From Oculina patagonica (Eukaryota): a stretch of DNA of 64,000 nt. The position numbers were made by a program, and so were the translations under genes. Below, one piece after another: positions 1 through 11,903 of this stretch; positions within the stretch are counted from its first letter, which is position 1; the number at the start of each line of letters is the position of its first letter. Below the pieces are notes generated by a model that worked only from the letters and a program-made list of their open reading frames with translations, was not told the origin of the DNA and did no database searches. The stretch lies in the NCBI RefSeq assembly GCF_052425735.1, contig NC_135769.1, positions 20,150,001-20,214,000 of the forward strand, given 5' to 3'.

Positions 1-700
1 GCAACGTCCTGTAAAAGACACGACCGGAAATTTTCTTTTTGAAAGAAGCATTGGCCCTTTTTGGGCGATGGAGAGAACATTTAGAACGTATTCTGAATAG
101 GACAGAACGTGTACAAATGACAGAAATCCCACCAGTAGCAGAGGATGTGGTCATCTGTACAGATCCACCTACCTTGGAAGAGGTGAAGGCAGCCATCAAG
201 GCAATGAAGAGTGGAAAGACAGTAGGAGAAGACACTAGCGTGACAGCAGAAATGCTCAAGGCTGAAGAAACGGAAACACACCGCATTTTGACAGACATAT
301 TCAAATAAATATGGGAAAGTGAACAGATTCGTGAAGTGGAAGACGGGCCTCATTGTCAAATTGCCTTAGAAGGGTGACTAGGGAGAATGCAACAACTGAA
401 GAGGCGTCAAACTACTCCCCATTACCAGCAAGTTCTTTAGCAAGATGCCCCACACAAGATTGGCAACTGCGTTAAACGAGCACATCAGACAGGAACAGAC
501 AGGTTTTAGCCCAGTATGCTCATGCTCTAAACACACGTCACCCTAAGGCAAATCCTAAAACAGCGTAAAGCACGGAATACCCCTCTGTATGCCAATTTCA
601 TTGATCTGAAGAAGGCGTTTGATAGCATTCACCGAGTTTCCCTGTGGAAGATCTTAAGTCACTACCTTCAACGTGACCACCGGCGTGAAACAGGGCTGCA
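1..700 (+). mobile_element. RTE-clade LINE, decayed RT N-terminal part (continues at 4784)
   Basis: Translates with stops/frameshifts to RWREHLERILN, PPTLEEVKAAIKAMKSGK, RQEQTGF, FIDLKKAFDSIHRVSLWKIL and FNVTTGVKQGC, all typical RTE ORF2 motifs. Confidence 0.85.
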
Positions 701-949
701 CGTCTGAACGTCTAAGTACGCCTCCTGCACGAAGAACTAAACACAAAAGATTCTGGAGAAAAGGAACATCCAGCGAACTCGATTTTACCAGAGTGGCAAG
801 ATGTACCATATTCCAAAACAACTAAAACAAAGAATCAAATCCCAAAGGAGCGTGCACCCTCAAACTCAACGCGAGAAGCTACCAAAACCAACAAAAATAC
901 CAAAAAACAGCCTTCGGAGCCCCAACCAGAGAGATCTTCAATAACTAAC

Positions 950-1451
950 TCCGCTGTCATTATCGGTGACTCAATCATCAAAAATCTACAAGGCTATAAG
1001 ATGAAGAAAAGAGCCGGCTGTAATGTCTTTATTAGATCGTTTCCTGGTGCTCAGACAGCTGACATTGCTGACTATATAAAACCGACAGTTCGAAACAAAC
1101 CTAAATCGATCATCATTCACACAGGCACGAACGACATTCAGACCAAATCCCCACAACAGGTTACCGACTACCTCGTCGACATAGCACAAAAGATCAATCA
1201 CGACCATCCACACATTGAAATAGCCTTTTTCACAAATAATAAACAGATCCGATGACGCAAATCTCAACCCGAAGATTGCTGATGCAAACAAACGCCTGAA
1301 AAAGTTCTGCGCTCGGCAACGAGGCTGGGGCTGGATCTCCAATGATAATATTGTTGAAAGCCACCTAAACAGAAGCGGACTTCACCTAAACATATCGGGA
1401 ACCAAACAGCTGGCCACGAACATGATGAAATATCTTTCTCGCCAAAATTGA
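950..1451 (+). pseudogene. LINE ORF1 SGNH/GDSL esterase domain (frameshifted)
   Basis: VIIGDSII, SFPGA, IIIHTGTND and SGLHLN match the four SGNH blocks of CR1/L2-group ORF1 esterases; frameshift near 1240. Confidence 0.8.
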
Positions 1452-1601
1452 TCGCCTAGGACTACTACTCCGCTATTAGGTGAGACACCTACTAATAAGT
1501 ATATTGATAAAGGTGCAAATTCTCCTGCTGAAATTAATTTCAACACAAGTCCTCACCCTCTTCATGAAATTAATAAGATAAAAGGTTTCAAAACAGCTAG
1601 C

Positions 1602-4390
1602 TTGAACATCACAAGTCTCATAAAACATATCGACGAGCTTAAAATGTTAATGGCGAACAGCCCTCTTGACATACTTGCAATTAATGAAACAAGACTTGAT
1701 AAATCGATCAATGACAATGAAGTAGCCTTACCAGGCTATAGCATAATACGTAAAGATCGCAACCGTCAAGGAGGCGGTGTAGCTATGTATATTAAAGAAA
1801 ACATCGCTTTTGTCGAGAAGGAAGATCTCCGATGTGTACACCTGAAGACACTAACCATCCAAATCTCAGCTGAATTTACCCAGCCATTTTGTGTTAGCAC
1901 ATGGTACCGACTTCCAGGATCTGACCTCGACCTCTTCGACAAACTTGATGCATTCTTAGCTAAATTAGATAATGTAAATAAGGAGTCCGTGATACTTGGT
2001 GATTTTAACTGTAACTTATTAGAGGCTAATGCAAGTTTACATACGAATAAGTTGCTATCACTTTACGATGAATATCAATATAAACAACTAATTAAACAAC
2101 CAACCCGCATAACTAAAACATCCAAAACTCTGATTGACCATATAATTACTAACTCGCCTCAACATATATACAAGAGCGGTGTGTGCCATATCTCAATTAG
2201 CGACCATAGTCTTATTTATACTGTTCGCCGCTTAGTTTCCCCAAGGGGACAACCTAGAATAATAGAAAAAAGAAGCTTTAAAAACTTTGATAAAGCCTCA
2301 TTCTTAAACGATCTAACTGAAGCGCCCTGGGACACAATCGAATCCTTTTATGATCCAATTAAAAAATGGTCAATCTTTAATAGTATATTCACCAATATTC
2401 TTAATCTGCATGCGCCAGTTAAAACCAGATATTTGAGAAATAAAGGGGTGCCGTGGCTTAATTTCGAGCTTAAAAAGCTTATGTTTCATAGGGATGCCTT
2501 AAAGAAACGAGCCGTTAAATATAACTCCCAAGCGAACTGGAACGCTTATCGCAAAACCAAAAACGAACTAAACAGGAAAAGGAAGGAAACTAAACGTGAT
2601 TACTTCATAAATAAGATAAATGAAAGTTGCAATGATATAAAAAACACCTGAAAAGTCTTAAATGCAGCTATGAGTAAATCATCGAAAGTAATCCGAATTA
2701 ATAAACTGAAGGCGAATGAAGATGACATTACTGACCCTAAAGAAATTGCAAATCTGCTCAATAAGTATTTTGTAAACATTGGACCATCTCTAGCAGAAAA
2801 TCTACCTATTCCTAACCATGATTCCGTAGAACTCCAAACAGAAAGATCACAATCCTTTAAATTTGAGCAAATCAATTGCAATATAGTTGAAGAAACCATC
2901 AGAAAACTCTCAGCAAACAAAGCTACTGGTCTGGACAAGCTCCCGGCATCGATTTTCAAACTTGCCTGTAATGTTATTTCCACGCCACTCTCCCACATCT
3001 TTAATGCATCAATTTCAAGTGGCATCTTCCCTGATGATTGGAAGGTTGCTAAAGTACTTCCCAAGTATAAGTCTAAAGATAGATGTGATCCAAGTAACTA
3101 CAGACCAATCTCCATCGTACCGATAGTCTCAAAAATTATCGAAAAAATAATTTTCTCCCAAATTTATAAATATCTAGAAGAAAATAATATTCTCTCAGAT
3201 CACCAGTCAGGGTTCAGACCATTAAACTCAACACTAACAGCCTTGCTTAAAGATACCATTGTTTGGTTAAAAAATATGGATGAAGGTAAAATTAATGTTG
3301 CTGTTTTCCTGGACCTAAAAAAGGCCTTTGACACAGTTGATCATGATATTTTAATTAAAAAATGCAAAGTTATGGCATAATAGCAAACGAATTAAAATGG
3401 TTTAGATCGTACCTAACTAATAGAACGCAATATTGTTATACTAATGGAAACATATCCAACGGTGAAAATATAAAATGTGGAGTCCCTCAAGGCTCTATAC
3501 TGGGTCCTCTACTATTATTACTATACATAATTTATTTGCCTGGTTACTTAACTTATTCCATTCCAAGTATGTATGCTGATGATACCAGTATAACATCAAG
3601 TGGCATCGATACCCATTCTATAGAACTCAAATTGAATGAAGACCTAAAACAGCTAGAAAATTGGCTTGATGCAAATCGCCTCAGTATTAAGTATTAATGT
3701 GGTTAAAACTGAATATATGATAATTGGCTCTAGAAAAAGGCTAAATCACGCAAATTTAGACCTTAACCTAAAGATTGGAGATACCAATCTAAAACGAGTT
3801 GAAAAAACAGTGTCACTGGGTGTCACCCTAGATGAAAACCTTACTTGGATGTTTCTAATATTAGTAAAAAAGTTAGCAAGGGCTTAGGTGTCTTAAGGCG
3901 AACCCGTGAAATACTCCCTAATGATTCTTTAAATCAAATCTATAAATCAATTATACAACCTCGCTTTGATTACTGCTCGCCTGTTTGGCACACATGTGAT
4001 AAAGGGTTACGGACAAAATTACAAAGACTACAAAATCGTGCAGCCAGAATTATCACTAGGTCTGGCTATGAAGTCAGATCTGCTGATCTAAGAAAGGACC
4101 TAGGATGGCAGCCACTAGAAGATCGCTGGTACCAACAAAAAGTAACAACTATGTATAAAATTGTCAATAATCTAGCCCCACACTCGTTGGCACGAAACTT
4201 CACTCCAGTTAGAGATACTCATCACTATGAAACTAGAGGCTGCCATATAAACCTATGTGTTCCAAAACCCAACACTGAGTTTCTTAAAAGGAGCCTCGCC
4301 TATAACGGAGTAGTAGCATGGAATGCACTTCCTGTGGAAGTCAAAGAATCGAAAGACCTTAATAGTTTTAAAAGAATTGTTAAATATTAA
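1602..4390 (+). pseudogene. LINE ORF2 (APE endonuclease + reverse transcriptase), disrupted
   Basis: INETRL, LGDFN, LIDHI and SDHSL (endonuclease); NYRPIS, HQSGFR, FLDLKKAFDTVDH, GVPQGSILGP and YADD (RT). Premature TGA at 2649-2651 and frameshifts near 3360, 3690 and 3850. Confidence 0.9.
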
Positions 4391-4616
4391 TATATATATA
4401 TATATATATATAACCAAATATGTTCTCACTCTACAGTGCCAGGACAGAGCGGTGACTCAAGAGGGACCGAGGCGCGCACGCGGCAGAAGCGGGTCCGCCG
4501 GAGCGCGGCGGAGGGGGCCAAAGAGGGAACGGAGGGGGGGGGGGGACAGCCAGGGAGGGGCGGGAGAGGGCGGCGGGGCGGGCCCGGGGGGGGGGCGCGG
4601 AGAGCGGGGGCAGGCG

Positions 4617-4650
<34 letters not shown>
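4391..4650. repeat. (TA)n tracts flanking a G-rich low-complexity insert
   Basis: (TA)n at about 4391-4412 and 4620-4650 bracket about 190 bp of strongly G-skewed sequence. Confidence 0.8.
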
Positions 4651-4653
<3 letters not shown>

Positions 4654-4783
4654 ATATTTAATCTCATTATTTATTTATTAATTCAATTTTTGTAATTATA
4701 TTAGAGCACGGATCTCTGGAAGACCATCAATTGATGAATGTGATTCCGTGGATAAATGAAGTTTTCTTACTCTTACTCTTGCA

Positions 4784-5890
4784 TCCTTTCACCGTTTCTG
4801 TTTATCCTTGAGATCGACTATATAATAAAGCAAGTGACAAGCAACGGAAGGAGAGGGATAAGATGGACGCTTATTAGTATCTTGGAACGCTAACTAGTAT
4901 CTTGGAAGACCTTGATTACACAGATGACATTGTGCTGCTCTCCTATCGATACCAGATGACATTGTGCTGCTCTCCTATCGATACCAGGACGTGCAAGCAA
5001 AGAGCAACATCCTGGTAACCTCAGCAGGGAGCGTTGGCCTCGAGATCAGTACCAGGAAGACCAGACATTTGAGGATGAACAGCAGAACCAGCGAAGCCAT
5101 CATGCTGAACTGGAAAGCGGCCAAAGAGGTTGAACACTTTACCTACCTGCAATCATTGACAAAAGTGTTGACACATGATCAATTTAGGTCCTATTTTATT
5201 GTTATTTGGACCAATTTCATCCTTTTGCCCCACTTTTCCAACCCCCTTCCCCCTATCAATGTTGTAGTTTGTTTCTAGGAGCCCTTTGCTACCATTTTAT
5301 AACATTGGATGGGGGGAGGGGGGTTATTTTTGCAGACAGTCATGAAATTTAAAAACTAGTGGTAAATTTATCATAAAACCAGCAGAGCGAAGTCAATGTG
5401 TCAACTACTTTTGTCAAAGATTGTGGGTTCAAAGGTCAACCAGGGGAGATGGAAAGGAAGACACCCTAGCTCGGATTTCAAAGGCACGTCAGGCTTTTGC
5501 CTCTCTTCGGAGCATTTGGAGATCCAGAAACATCAGCTAGAAAACCAAGACCCGTTTCTTCAAGAGCAATGTTTTAAGTACTCTATTGTATGGTGCAGAT
5601 TCCTGGAAGATGACCAAGACCATTAGCCACAAGCTAGAAGTCTTCCAGAACAGGTGTCTGCGAAGGATTCTCTGCATATTTTGAGAGTACACTTTCTCAA
5701 ACTACGAGCTGTGCATAATAGCAATAACAAGAACAGAATCCATCACACAACTAGTGCAGTGAAGAAGATGGAGATGGATCGGTGATGTGCTTCGCATGTC
5801 GCCTACAGCCCTACCAAGAGTCGCCCTCAGATGGACCCCTGATGGCCGCAGAAAGAGAGGTCGCCCGAACGAAACCTGGAGGAGGAATGT
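4784..5890 (+). mobile_element. RTE-clade LINE, decayed RT C-terminal part
   Basis: ILSPFLFILEID, LEDLDYTDDIVLLS (32-bp tandem duplication at 4921-4984), EVEHFTYLGSK and RWRWIG..LR..ALRWTPDGRRKRGRP..TWRR. Confidence 0.85.
5150..5423. mobile_element. MITE with about 26-bp TIRs inserted in the RTE
   Basis: CAATCATTGACAAAAGTGTTGACACA ... TGTGTCAACTACTTTTGTCAAAGATTG; excision restores FTYL|GSKV; 2-bp TG flanks on both sides. Confidence 0.75.
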
Positions 5891-6598
5891 GCACCCATCC
5901 ACGAAAAGGACTAAGTATTTAAGTATTTAATTGATTGGCATACTAAGCGACTTTTAAGACATTTTTGTTTTGTTTTGAGTCTTTCAAAATATTGAATGAA
6001 CGACTATGGAACTTTGATGTGCATTTGCTAACTCAGTATATTTTTGATCAAGAATTAAGCTAACAATCTTCGTTCAGCGGTATATTCTCACCGATATCTC
6101 TTTTACCACGTCTGAAATGTCTAATTTCAAAACAGTTTGTTAGTGGGTTTTTTTTAATACTGGCTTGTTTAATAACCCTGACACGCACGCAGGTGACATT
6201 TACTTCTCAATATTAATCTTATCAGCTATGTGAATTATTCAAGACCCACGCTAGCACGTCGAGCAGTTTGTTAAGTCTTTTTCAGTGACAGTTACTGACA
6301 CTCGGATGGCCTGTTACAAGTCTTATTTTTTCTCTCGTTTAATTTTCTTTTGTCTTTATTTAAATATACAGGTGGATTTCAACTGACGCGTAATTTTTAC
6401 GTGCGTTTACGTGCGTATAAATATTTAGAGATAACGTTTTCACAGGACTACTGGGATATTGATGCCTTGGACCATCAAGTAGAAGACAGGAAAATTTTTA
6501 TGCAAGAGGTACCTGTTGTAGCCCTAAGAAAGCGGCAAAATTTCTTCGGCAAGACAAACGCTGAGTGCACTAAAGAAGGTTGAATCGCTATAACGGAG

Positions 6599-7528
6599 AT
6601 GTCATCTTGCGAAGTGTTCGCGCAGCACTTTTTTGCATCTTCCGAAGTTGACAATGACTTCTATTCGACTTTCATCGCCAACTGCGTCTTTAACAATTTT
6701 CTATCTTATACCGCCATCACGTTGAACGTTTTAACAATCCACGCAATAAGAAAAACATCTTCGTTACCAATGCCGTTAAGAACATTGCTTCTCAGTCTTG
6801 CTGTTTCTGATGTCGGGGTTGGTTTAGTGGGCCAACCATTATACACCTCACTTCTAGTCGACGGGATTCAACGAAACATTACTGACTGTAACACGTATAA
6901 GGCTTTTGACATCCTTGTGGTCTTGTTTTCTATAGCTTCGTTCTTTACTGTTGTGACGATAAGTGTAGACAGGTTCTTAGCTATTCATCTTCATCTCAGA
7001 TATCAGGAACTTGTGACTCACAAGCGTGTTGTTGCTGTGGTGATCTCAATATGGGTGATAAGTCCGTTTTTGTCTTTGATGGCGTTGTGGATACCGCCTG
7101 ATACTCGCACGCTATTTGTCTGCATCGGTGATGTTGTTGGTCTCGTTCTTACAACAGTGGTTTACATCAGGATTTATTTAGCCGTAAAACGCCACAAGAA
7201 TCAGATTCAGGCCCTGCAAGTACAACAAGTAGCACAGAATGTCGAAATGGCAAATTTCGCAAGCCTCGTTAAATCTGCAGTCGGGACGTTTTACGTATAT
7301 CTCGTGTTTTTGGTTTGTTATTTTCCAATCTTTATCTGTTTTGCCGCCCTCCAAATCTACGGTCCGAGTATCGCTTTGCAGAGACTTTTGCTTTTTTTAG
7401 TGACTCTCGTTTTTCTTAATTCAACTTTGAACCCTGTAATTTACTGTTGGAAGATGAGACACATTCGACACGCTATCATGGACATACTGCGAAACATGTC
7501 TTGGATCAGAAATCGCGCATCACACTAA
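6599..7528 (+). CDS. G1: intronless class A (rhodopsin-like) orphan GPCR, type A
   Basis: 309 aa, 7 hydrophobic segments, LSLAVSD, SVDRF, CYFP and NSTLNPVIY. Confidence 0.92.
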   Translation: MSSCEVFAQHFFASSEVDNDFYSTFIANCVFNNFLSYTAITLNVLTIHAIRKTSSLPMPLRTLLLSLAVSDVGVGLVGQPLYTSLLVDGIQRNITDCNTYKAFDILVVLFSIASFFTVVTISVDRFLAIHLHLRYQELVTHKRVVAVVISIWVISPFLSLMALWIPPDTRTLFVCIGDVVGLVLTTVVYIRIYLAVKRHKNQIQALQVQQVAQNVEMANFASLVKSAVGTFYVYLVFLVCYFPIFICFAALQIYGPSIALQRLLLFLVTLVFLNSTLNPVIYCWKMRHIRHAIMDILRNMSWIRNRASH

Positions 7529-9192
7529 TCACAGAGCCGGCCATGCTATGCCAGAATTCTCCACATTCAGTGTTGTCGTTGCTGAAAAAAACCTTTTATA
7601 TATACTAAACAAGGACCGCGAGCAGTCTGAACATGAGCTGCAAGAGGACAAACGACAGCGTATTAAAACTAAGTAAAATATACTGAGGAAATATATATAT
7701 TGGGAACGAATTTTTATAGCTTAGTGATTTCTTGAACACTAAGTTCAGTGGCATTTTTGTGATTCCGAAAAAAATAAACAACACGCATTTAGAATGAATT
7801 AATTCCATATGCCAGAGGAACAAGAACATGTACGTTGACCTTTTTTAAATTAAAAAATTTACTCGTAGTGTTATTTATTGTCTTTTCAAATAAAGAATGT
7901 GGAAGCTAAAAGTGCGGAGCAAGCACGCTTTGGATTTGTTGTTCACTATTTAGCCATGACAGGGGAAAGGGGAACTAGAAACCATATTTGACAAATTTTT
8001 CAGGTTTTCATCGATAAGCATATAAAACGCTTTTTAATTATACCCATGTTGCGTTCTCTATATTTTTGGCTACTTTACAAAATTTCCGAGAAATGCTTTC
8101 TGTAAACAACTTTTAGATATAAGTAATATTTTCGATCAGTTTCCAAAAGCCTTATGATATTCGTTCCGAAGTTCTATTATAAAGATATTTTTTCTTATCA
8201 AAATATAACAATTCATCTCCTGTTTAATAAACAGTTTTCTTTAAGTCTCTATTTTGTCAGTGAGGTGCAAATGGTCTTATTAGAATCTTCTTCAATTCAC
8301 ATTTAATTTTATTTTACTCCATTCTCATAATGTCCTTCAAAAAACCTGAGCAGTTTTACATTTTTTCAACAAAGGACACAAATCACTTTTAAGCAAATAA
8401 CGAATTTCCGGTGACAAGAACGAACGAGCGAAAGAACGTGCCTCGAATTTTAAATCTATTCCTCGGTGTGCAATGATCAGCTTCATCACGTAATAATTTA
8501 ACAAACTGCAACGAAAAGCTAAGACTGTTAGTTTTTATTAAACAATTTCAATGACTATTCTAAGTGCTTTCCAAAGAAACAGGTCGAGTCTATCGATATC
8601 ATCTGACTTTACGTGACGTTTCCCGCGCTTAACTTCCCACCGGCGACATTTTAACTTAGGTTCTTATTCATTAATTACATTTTTCCCGGCCGCTCTTAAT
8701 CCTCGATTGTTCGGAAATACCCGGGCAACTTGACACTAGTAATTTACTGAAACAACAGAAAGGAAGAAATAAGGATTAACCTTGTTTGACCAAAGTTTCC
8801 AAGTTTACCTGCCATTAACATATATATAAAAACCTTTTCTGATAACTCCCTCGATTGTTTAATAAAACTGAGAATGACGCAAGCAGTCTGGGTTTTGACA
8901 GTTTTTGAAGTGCTCCTGGTATTATTTTTTAATTTAATTCATTTTTTCTGTTCTCTAGTTTCGTTTTTTCGATTCCCTGACAAAGAGCGTGAATTTTTTC
9001 CTTGGCGAACATCCAGAATACTGGAATACTTTACTGACTTCTTTAATTGAGGAATATGGCTTTAGTAGGTAGAAGAATCATTTTACCAAGTACTTCCTGG
9101 CGCCCTGTAAGGGAACCATCTTATAGCTTCAGCTTCCTAAGTCAATTTATATGACAAGCACTTGCTGCCTTAAAGAAACCCGAGTCGATATC

Positions 9193-10125
9193 ATGAATAA
9201 GTCATCTTGTAAATTGACGCTGCAGTACTATCCCGAAATCTCCGATGTTGAAGACCTTCATTCAACTTACATTGCTAATTGTGTCTTTAACAATTTGTTA
9301 TCCTATGTCGCCGTCATGTTCAACATTGTAACAATCCATGTTATAAGAAAAACTTCGTCGTTGCGGAAAACTTTAAAAACATTGCTCCTGAGTCTTGCCT
9401 TTTCTGATGTTGGTGTTGGTTTATTGGTTCAACCATTTTACACCTCACTTCTGATCACGTGGTTACAACAAAGCCTTCTCAGCTGTAGCACCTATAAGGT
9501 TTCCTTCGTCATTGGGCTGTTCTTTACTCTAGCTTCGTTCTTTGGTGTTGTGGCTGTTAGTGTAGACAGGTTTTTAGCTATTCATCTTCATCTCAGATAT
9601 CAGGAACTTGTGACTCACAAGCGTGTTGTTGCTGTGGTGATCTCAATATGGGCGTTAAGTGCATTATATTCTTCGATGCCGTTGTGGGTACCGTCCAACA
9701 TTCGCTCGGTATTAGTTTCCATTAGCACTGTTCTTGGTCTTCTTCTTACAACAGTGGCTTATATCAGAATTTATTTGGTCGTAAGACGCCACAAGAATCA
9801 GATTCAGACCCTGCAAGTACAACAAGTAGCACAAAATGACGAAATGATAAATTTTGCTAGCATCGTTAAATCTGCAGTCTGTACGTTTTACGTATATCTC
9901 GTGTATTTGGTTTGTTATTTGCCTACCTTTATTTATTGGGCGACCGTTGCGAACTACGACCCAAGTATCGCTTTGAAGCGATTTTTGCTTTTCGCGTTGA
10001 CTCTTGTATATCTTAATTCATCTTTGAACCCTGTAATTTACTGTTGGAAGATGAGACACATTCGACACGCTATCATGGACATACTGCGGAACATGTCTTG
10101 GTTCAGAAATCGCGCATCATACTAA
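9193..10125 (+). CDS. G2: class A orphan GPCR, type B (optional in-frame upstream ATG at 9151)
   Basis: 310 aa from the ATG conserved in paralogs (MNKSSC); 7TM motifs SVDRF, CYLP and NPVIY. Confidence 0.92.
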   Translation: MNKSSCKLTLQYYPEISDVEDLHSTYIANCVFNNLLSYVAVMFNIVTIHVIRKTSSLRKTLKTLLLSLAFSDVGVGLLVQPFYTSLLITWLQQSLLSCSTYKVSFVIGLFFTLASFFGVVAVSVDRFLAIHLHLRYQELVTHKRVVAVVISIWALSALYSSMPLWVPSNIRSVLVSISTVLGLLLTTVAYIRIYLVVRRHKNQIQTLQVQQVAQNDEMINFASIVKSAVCTFYVYLVYLVCYLPTFIYWATVANYDPSIALKRFLLFALTLVYLNSSLNPVIYCWKMRHIRHAIMDILRNMSWFRNRASY

Positions 10126-10436
10126 TCACAGGACCGCCATGCTATGCCAGGATTCTCCACATTCAGTGTTGTCGTTGCTGATTAAAACTTTCTATATAAT
10201 TTACAAGGACCGCGAGCAGTCTGAACATGAGCTGCCTGAGGACAAACGAAAGCGTATTAAAACTAAGTAAAATATACTGAAGAAATGTATATATACTAGG
10301 AAGGAATTTTTTTAGCTTAGTGATTTCTTGAACACACTAAATAACAGACATTTAGAATGAATTTATTCCATATGCCAGAGGAACAAGAACATGTACGTTT
10401 ACCTTTGTTAAATTAAAAAGTTTTACTTGTAGTGTT

Positions 10437-10479
10437 ACTGCGAAACATGTCTTGGCTAAAAAACCGTACATCACATTAA
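10437..10479 (+). pseudogene. Orphan 3' tail of a deleted G10-like GPCR
   Basis: Encodes LRNMSWLKNRTSH*, identical to the end of G10; followed by about 2 kb matching G10's downstream flank (50208-52330). Confidence 0.85.
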
Positions 10480-10633
10480 TTGGACCGAAATTGGAAAGCC
10501 GGCCATTCTATGCCAGGATTCTGACCACAATTTCAGTGTTGTCATTGTTGATAAACGCCTTCTTTGTGCAACATGTCAAACGAAGATCGTGAGCAGTTTA
10601 AACTTGGGCAAACGACAGCGTTTTAAAACTAAT

Positions 10634-11388
10634 ATTATTCATTCAAAATATTTCTCTGTTTCTGATTGGCTTTCAATCCCCGGTTAATTCCAGCTAACCG
10701 GCTAGCGCCGACCAAATTTGGAAGAAGGTCCAATTTTACGACGATTGACGTCCAATATCAAAAATCAATGGATCGCAACCTCGTTCCCAAGGATGATTAA
10801 CCGATCGCAACCTCGCTCCCATGGATCGCTGACGTCACGCAACTGAACGGCTTTGCTGCCGAGCAGGTTAAAAGAAAATGGCTGCTAGGTTTGAGCATTA
10901 CGAAGAGATAAAATATTTAAGTTATTAGAAGTCAAGGAAAGTCAAAACACGGAAAAAGCAACAAAGGGGAGTCTATCGATTTTGAAAGCGTATCTTCACG
11001 AGGAAAAAACCCCTGATCCAGCCACAGCAGAGGACTTGGAGCGGTTTTACGAAAATTCTACGTCGAAGTAAGCAAGAACGATGGAAACCTGTATTCGAAA
11101 ACATCGCTTTGTGTCATCAGATTTAGCTTCAATAGACACTTCAAGGAAGTACTAAATATCGACATTATAAAGGACAAGAAATTTAATGAAGGTAACCGAG
11201 TTTTTGAAGTTTAAATCAAATTTAAAAGCGAACGTTGTTGTGTATCTGTGTACTTTACCTACTGTCAAAACCCTATTCAATTCATTTTGTGCATTTGGAG
11301 CTCTGGAAATATTTTGAATGAATAATAAAACAATTATTGAATTCGGCTTTCGTATCTTCATATCATACTCTGCCTTATCCAATAATTG
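10634..11388 (+). mobile_element. Crypton-like (tyrosine-recombinase-derived) non-autonomous element
   Basis: 21-bp IR ATTATTCATTCAAAATATTTC (10634) / GAAATATTTTGAATGAATAAT (11306-11326); remnant coding MAARF..SQNTEKATK..LRKFYVEVSKNDGNLYSKTSL..IRF..NRHF; empty paralogous site near 18945. Confidence 0.65.
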
Positions 11389-11566
11389 CTAATTAATGCG
11401 AGAACGCAGACATAACACTGACATAATAGTCTTGAAAAGAAATATTTTTATTGCTTAGTTATGTCTGATACATTGAGCTCAGAGTGACATTTTTGTGATT
11501 CTGAAAAACATTAAAAAAAAACAAAGAAATAGGACAAATAAGACAATAAAATTTATTTATCACATA

Positions 11567-11903
11567 CCGTAAAATTCCGGTTATAAGCCCCCCCGCTTAT
11601 AAGCCCCCCCCCCCCGGTTATAGGCCCATCAACCTGGAAACAAAAAAATACCTCCGATTATAAGCCCCCCCGGATATAAGCCCCCCTCTTTCGGATGACA
11701 GTACTGAACAGGGCTAAATGTTGCTTTATTATGCGTTTTTAACTTAAAAAGGTATTTCGATCAACACTTTCGTTACCCGTTTCGAAACGTTTTTTCTATT
11801 CCGCTTATAAGCCCTCCCGGATATAAGCCCCTCCACTTATAAGCCCACCCAAAAACCCTTAAGAAGTTGTATAAGCCCAGGGCTTTTAACCGGAATTTTA
11901 CGG
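11567..11903. mobile_element. Tc1/mariner-pogo-type MITE with TA TSD
   Basis: TA-CCGTAAAATTCCGGTTA ... TAACCGGAATTTTACGG-TA; internal ATAAGCCC repeats; empty sites CACATATACTT at about 19116 and 51725. Confidence 0.9.

Larger units (their letters stand above)
701..4779 (+). mobile_element. CR1/L2-group LINE, 5'-truncated, nested inside the RTE
   Basis: ORF1 esterase, APE endonuclease and RT in order; 3' (TCTTAC)n tail at 4765-4780; TGCA repeated at 697-700 and 4780-4783; removing it rejoins the RTE as QGC|ILSPFLF. Confidence 0.9.

Noticed and set aside
4323-4681. Gly/Arg/Pro-rich ORFs
   Set aside because: These are translations of (TA)n and the G-rich low-complexity island, with no coding signature.
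11580-11880. ATAAGCCC repeats (and GCAAGCAC repeats at 38998-39625) as CRISPR-like arrays
   Set aside because: Spacing is irregular, units are short, they lie inside TIR-bounded MITEs in eukaryotic DNA, and there are no cas genes.
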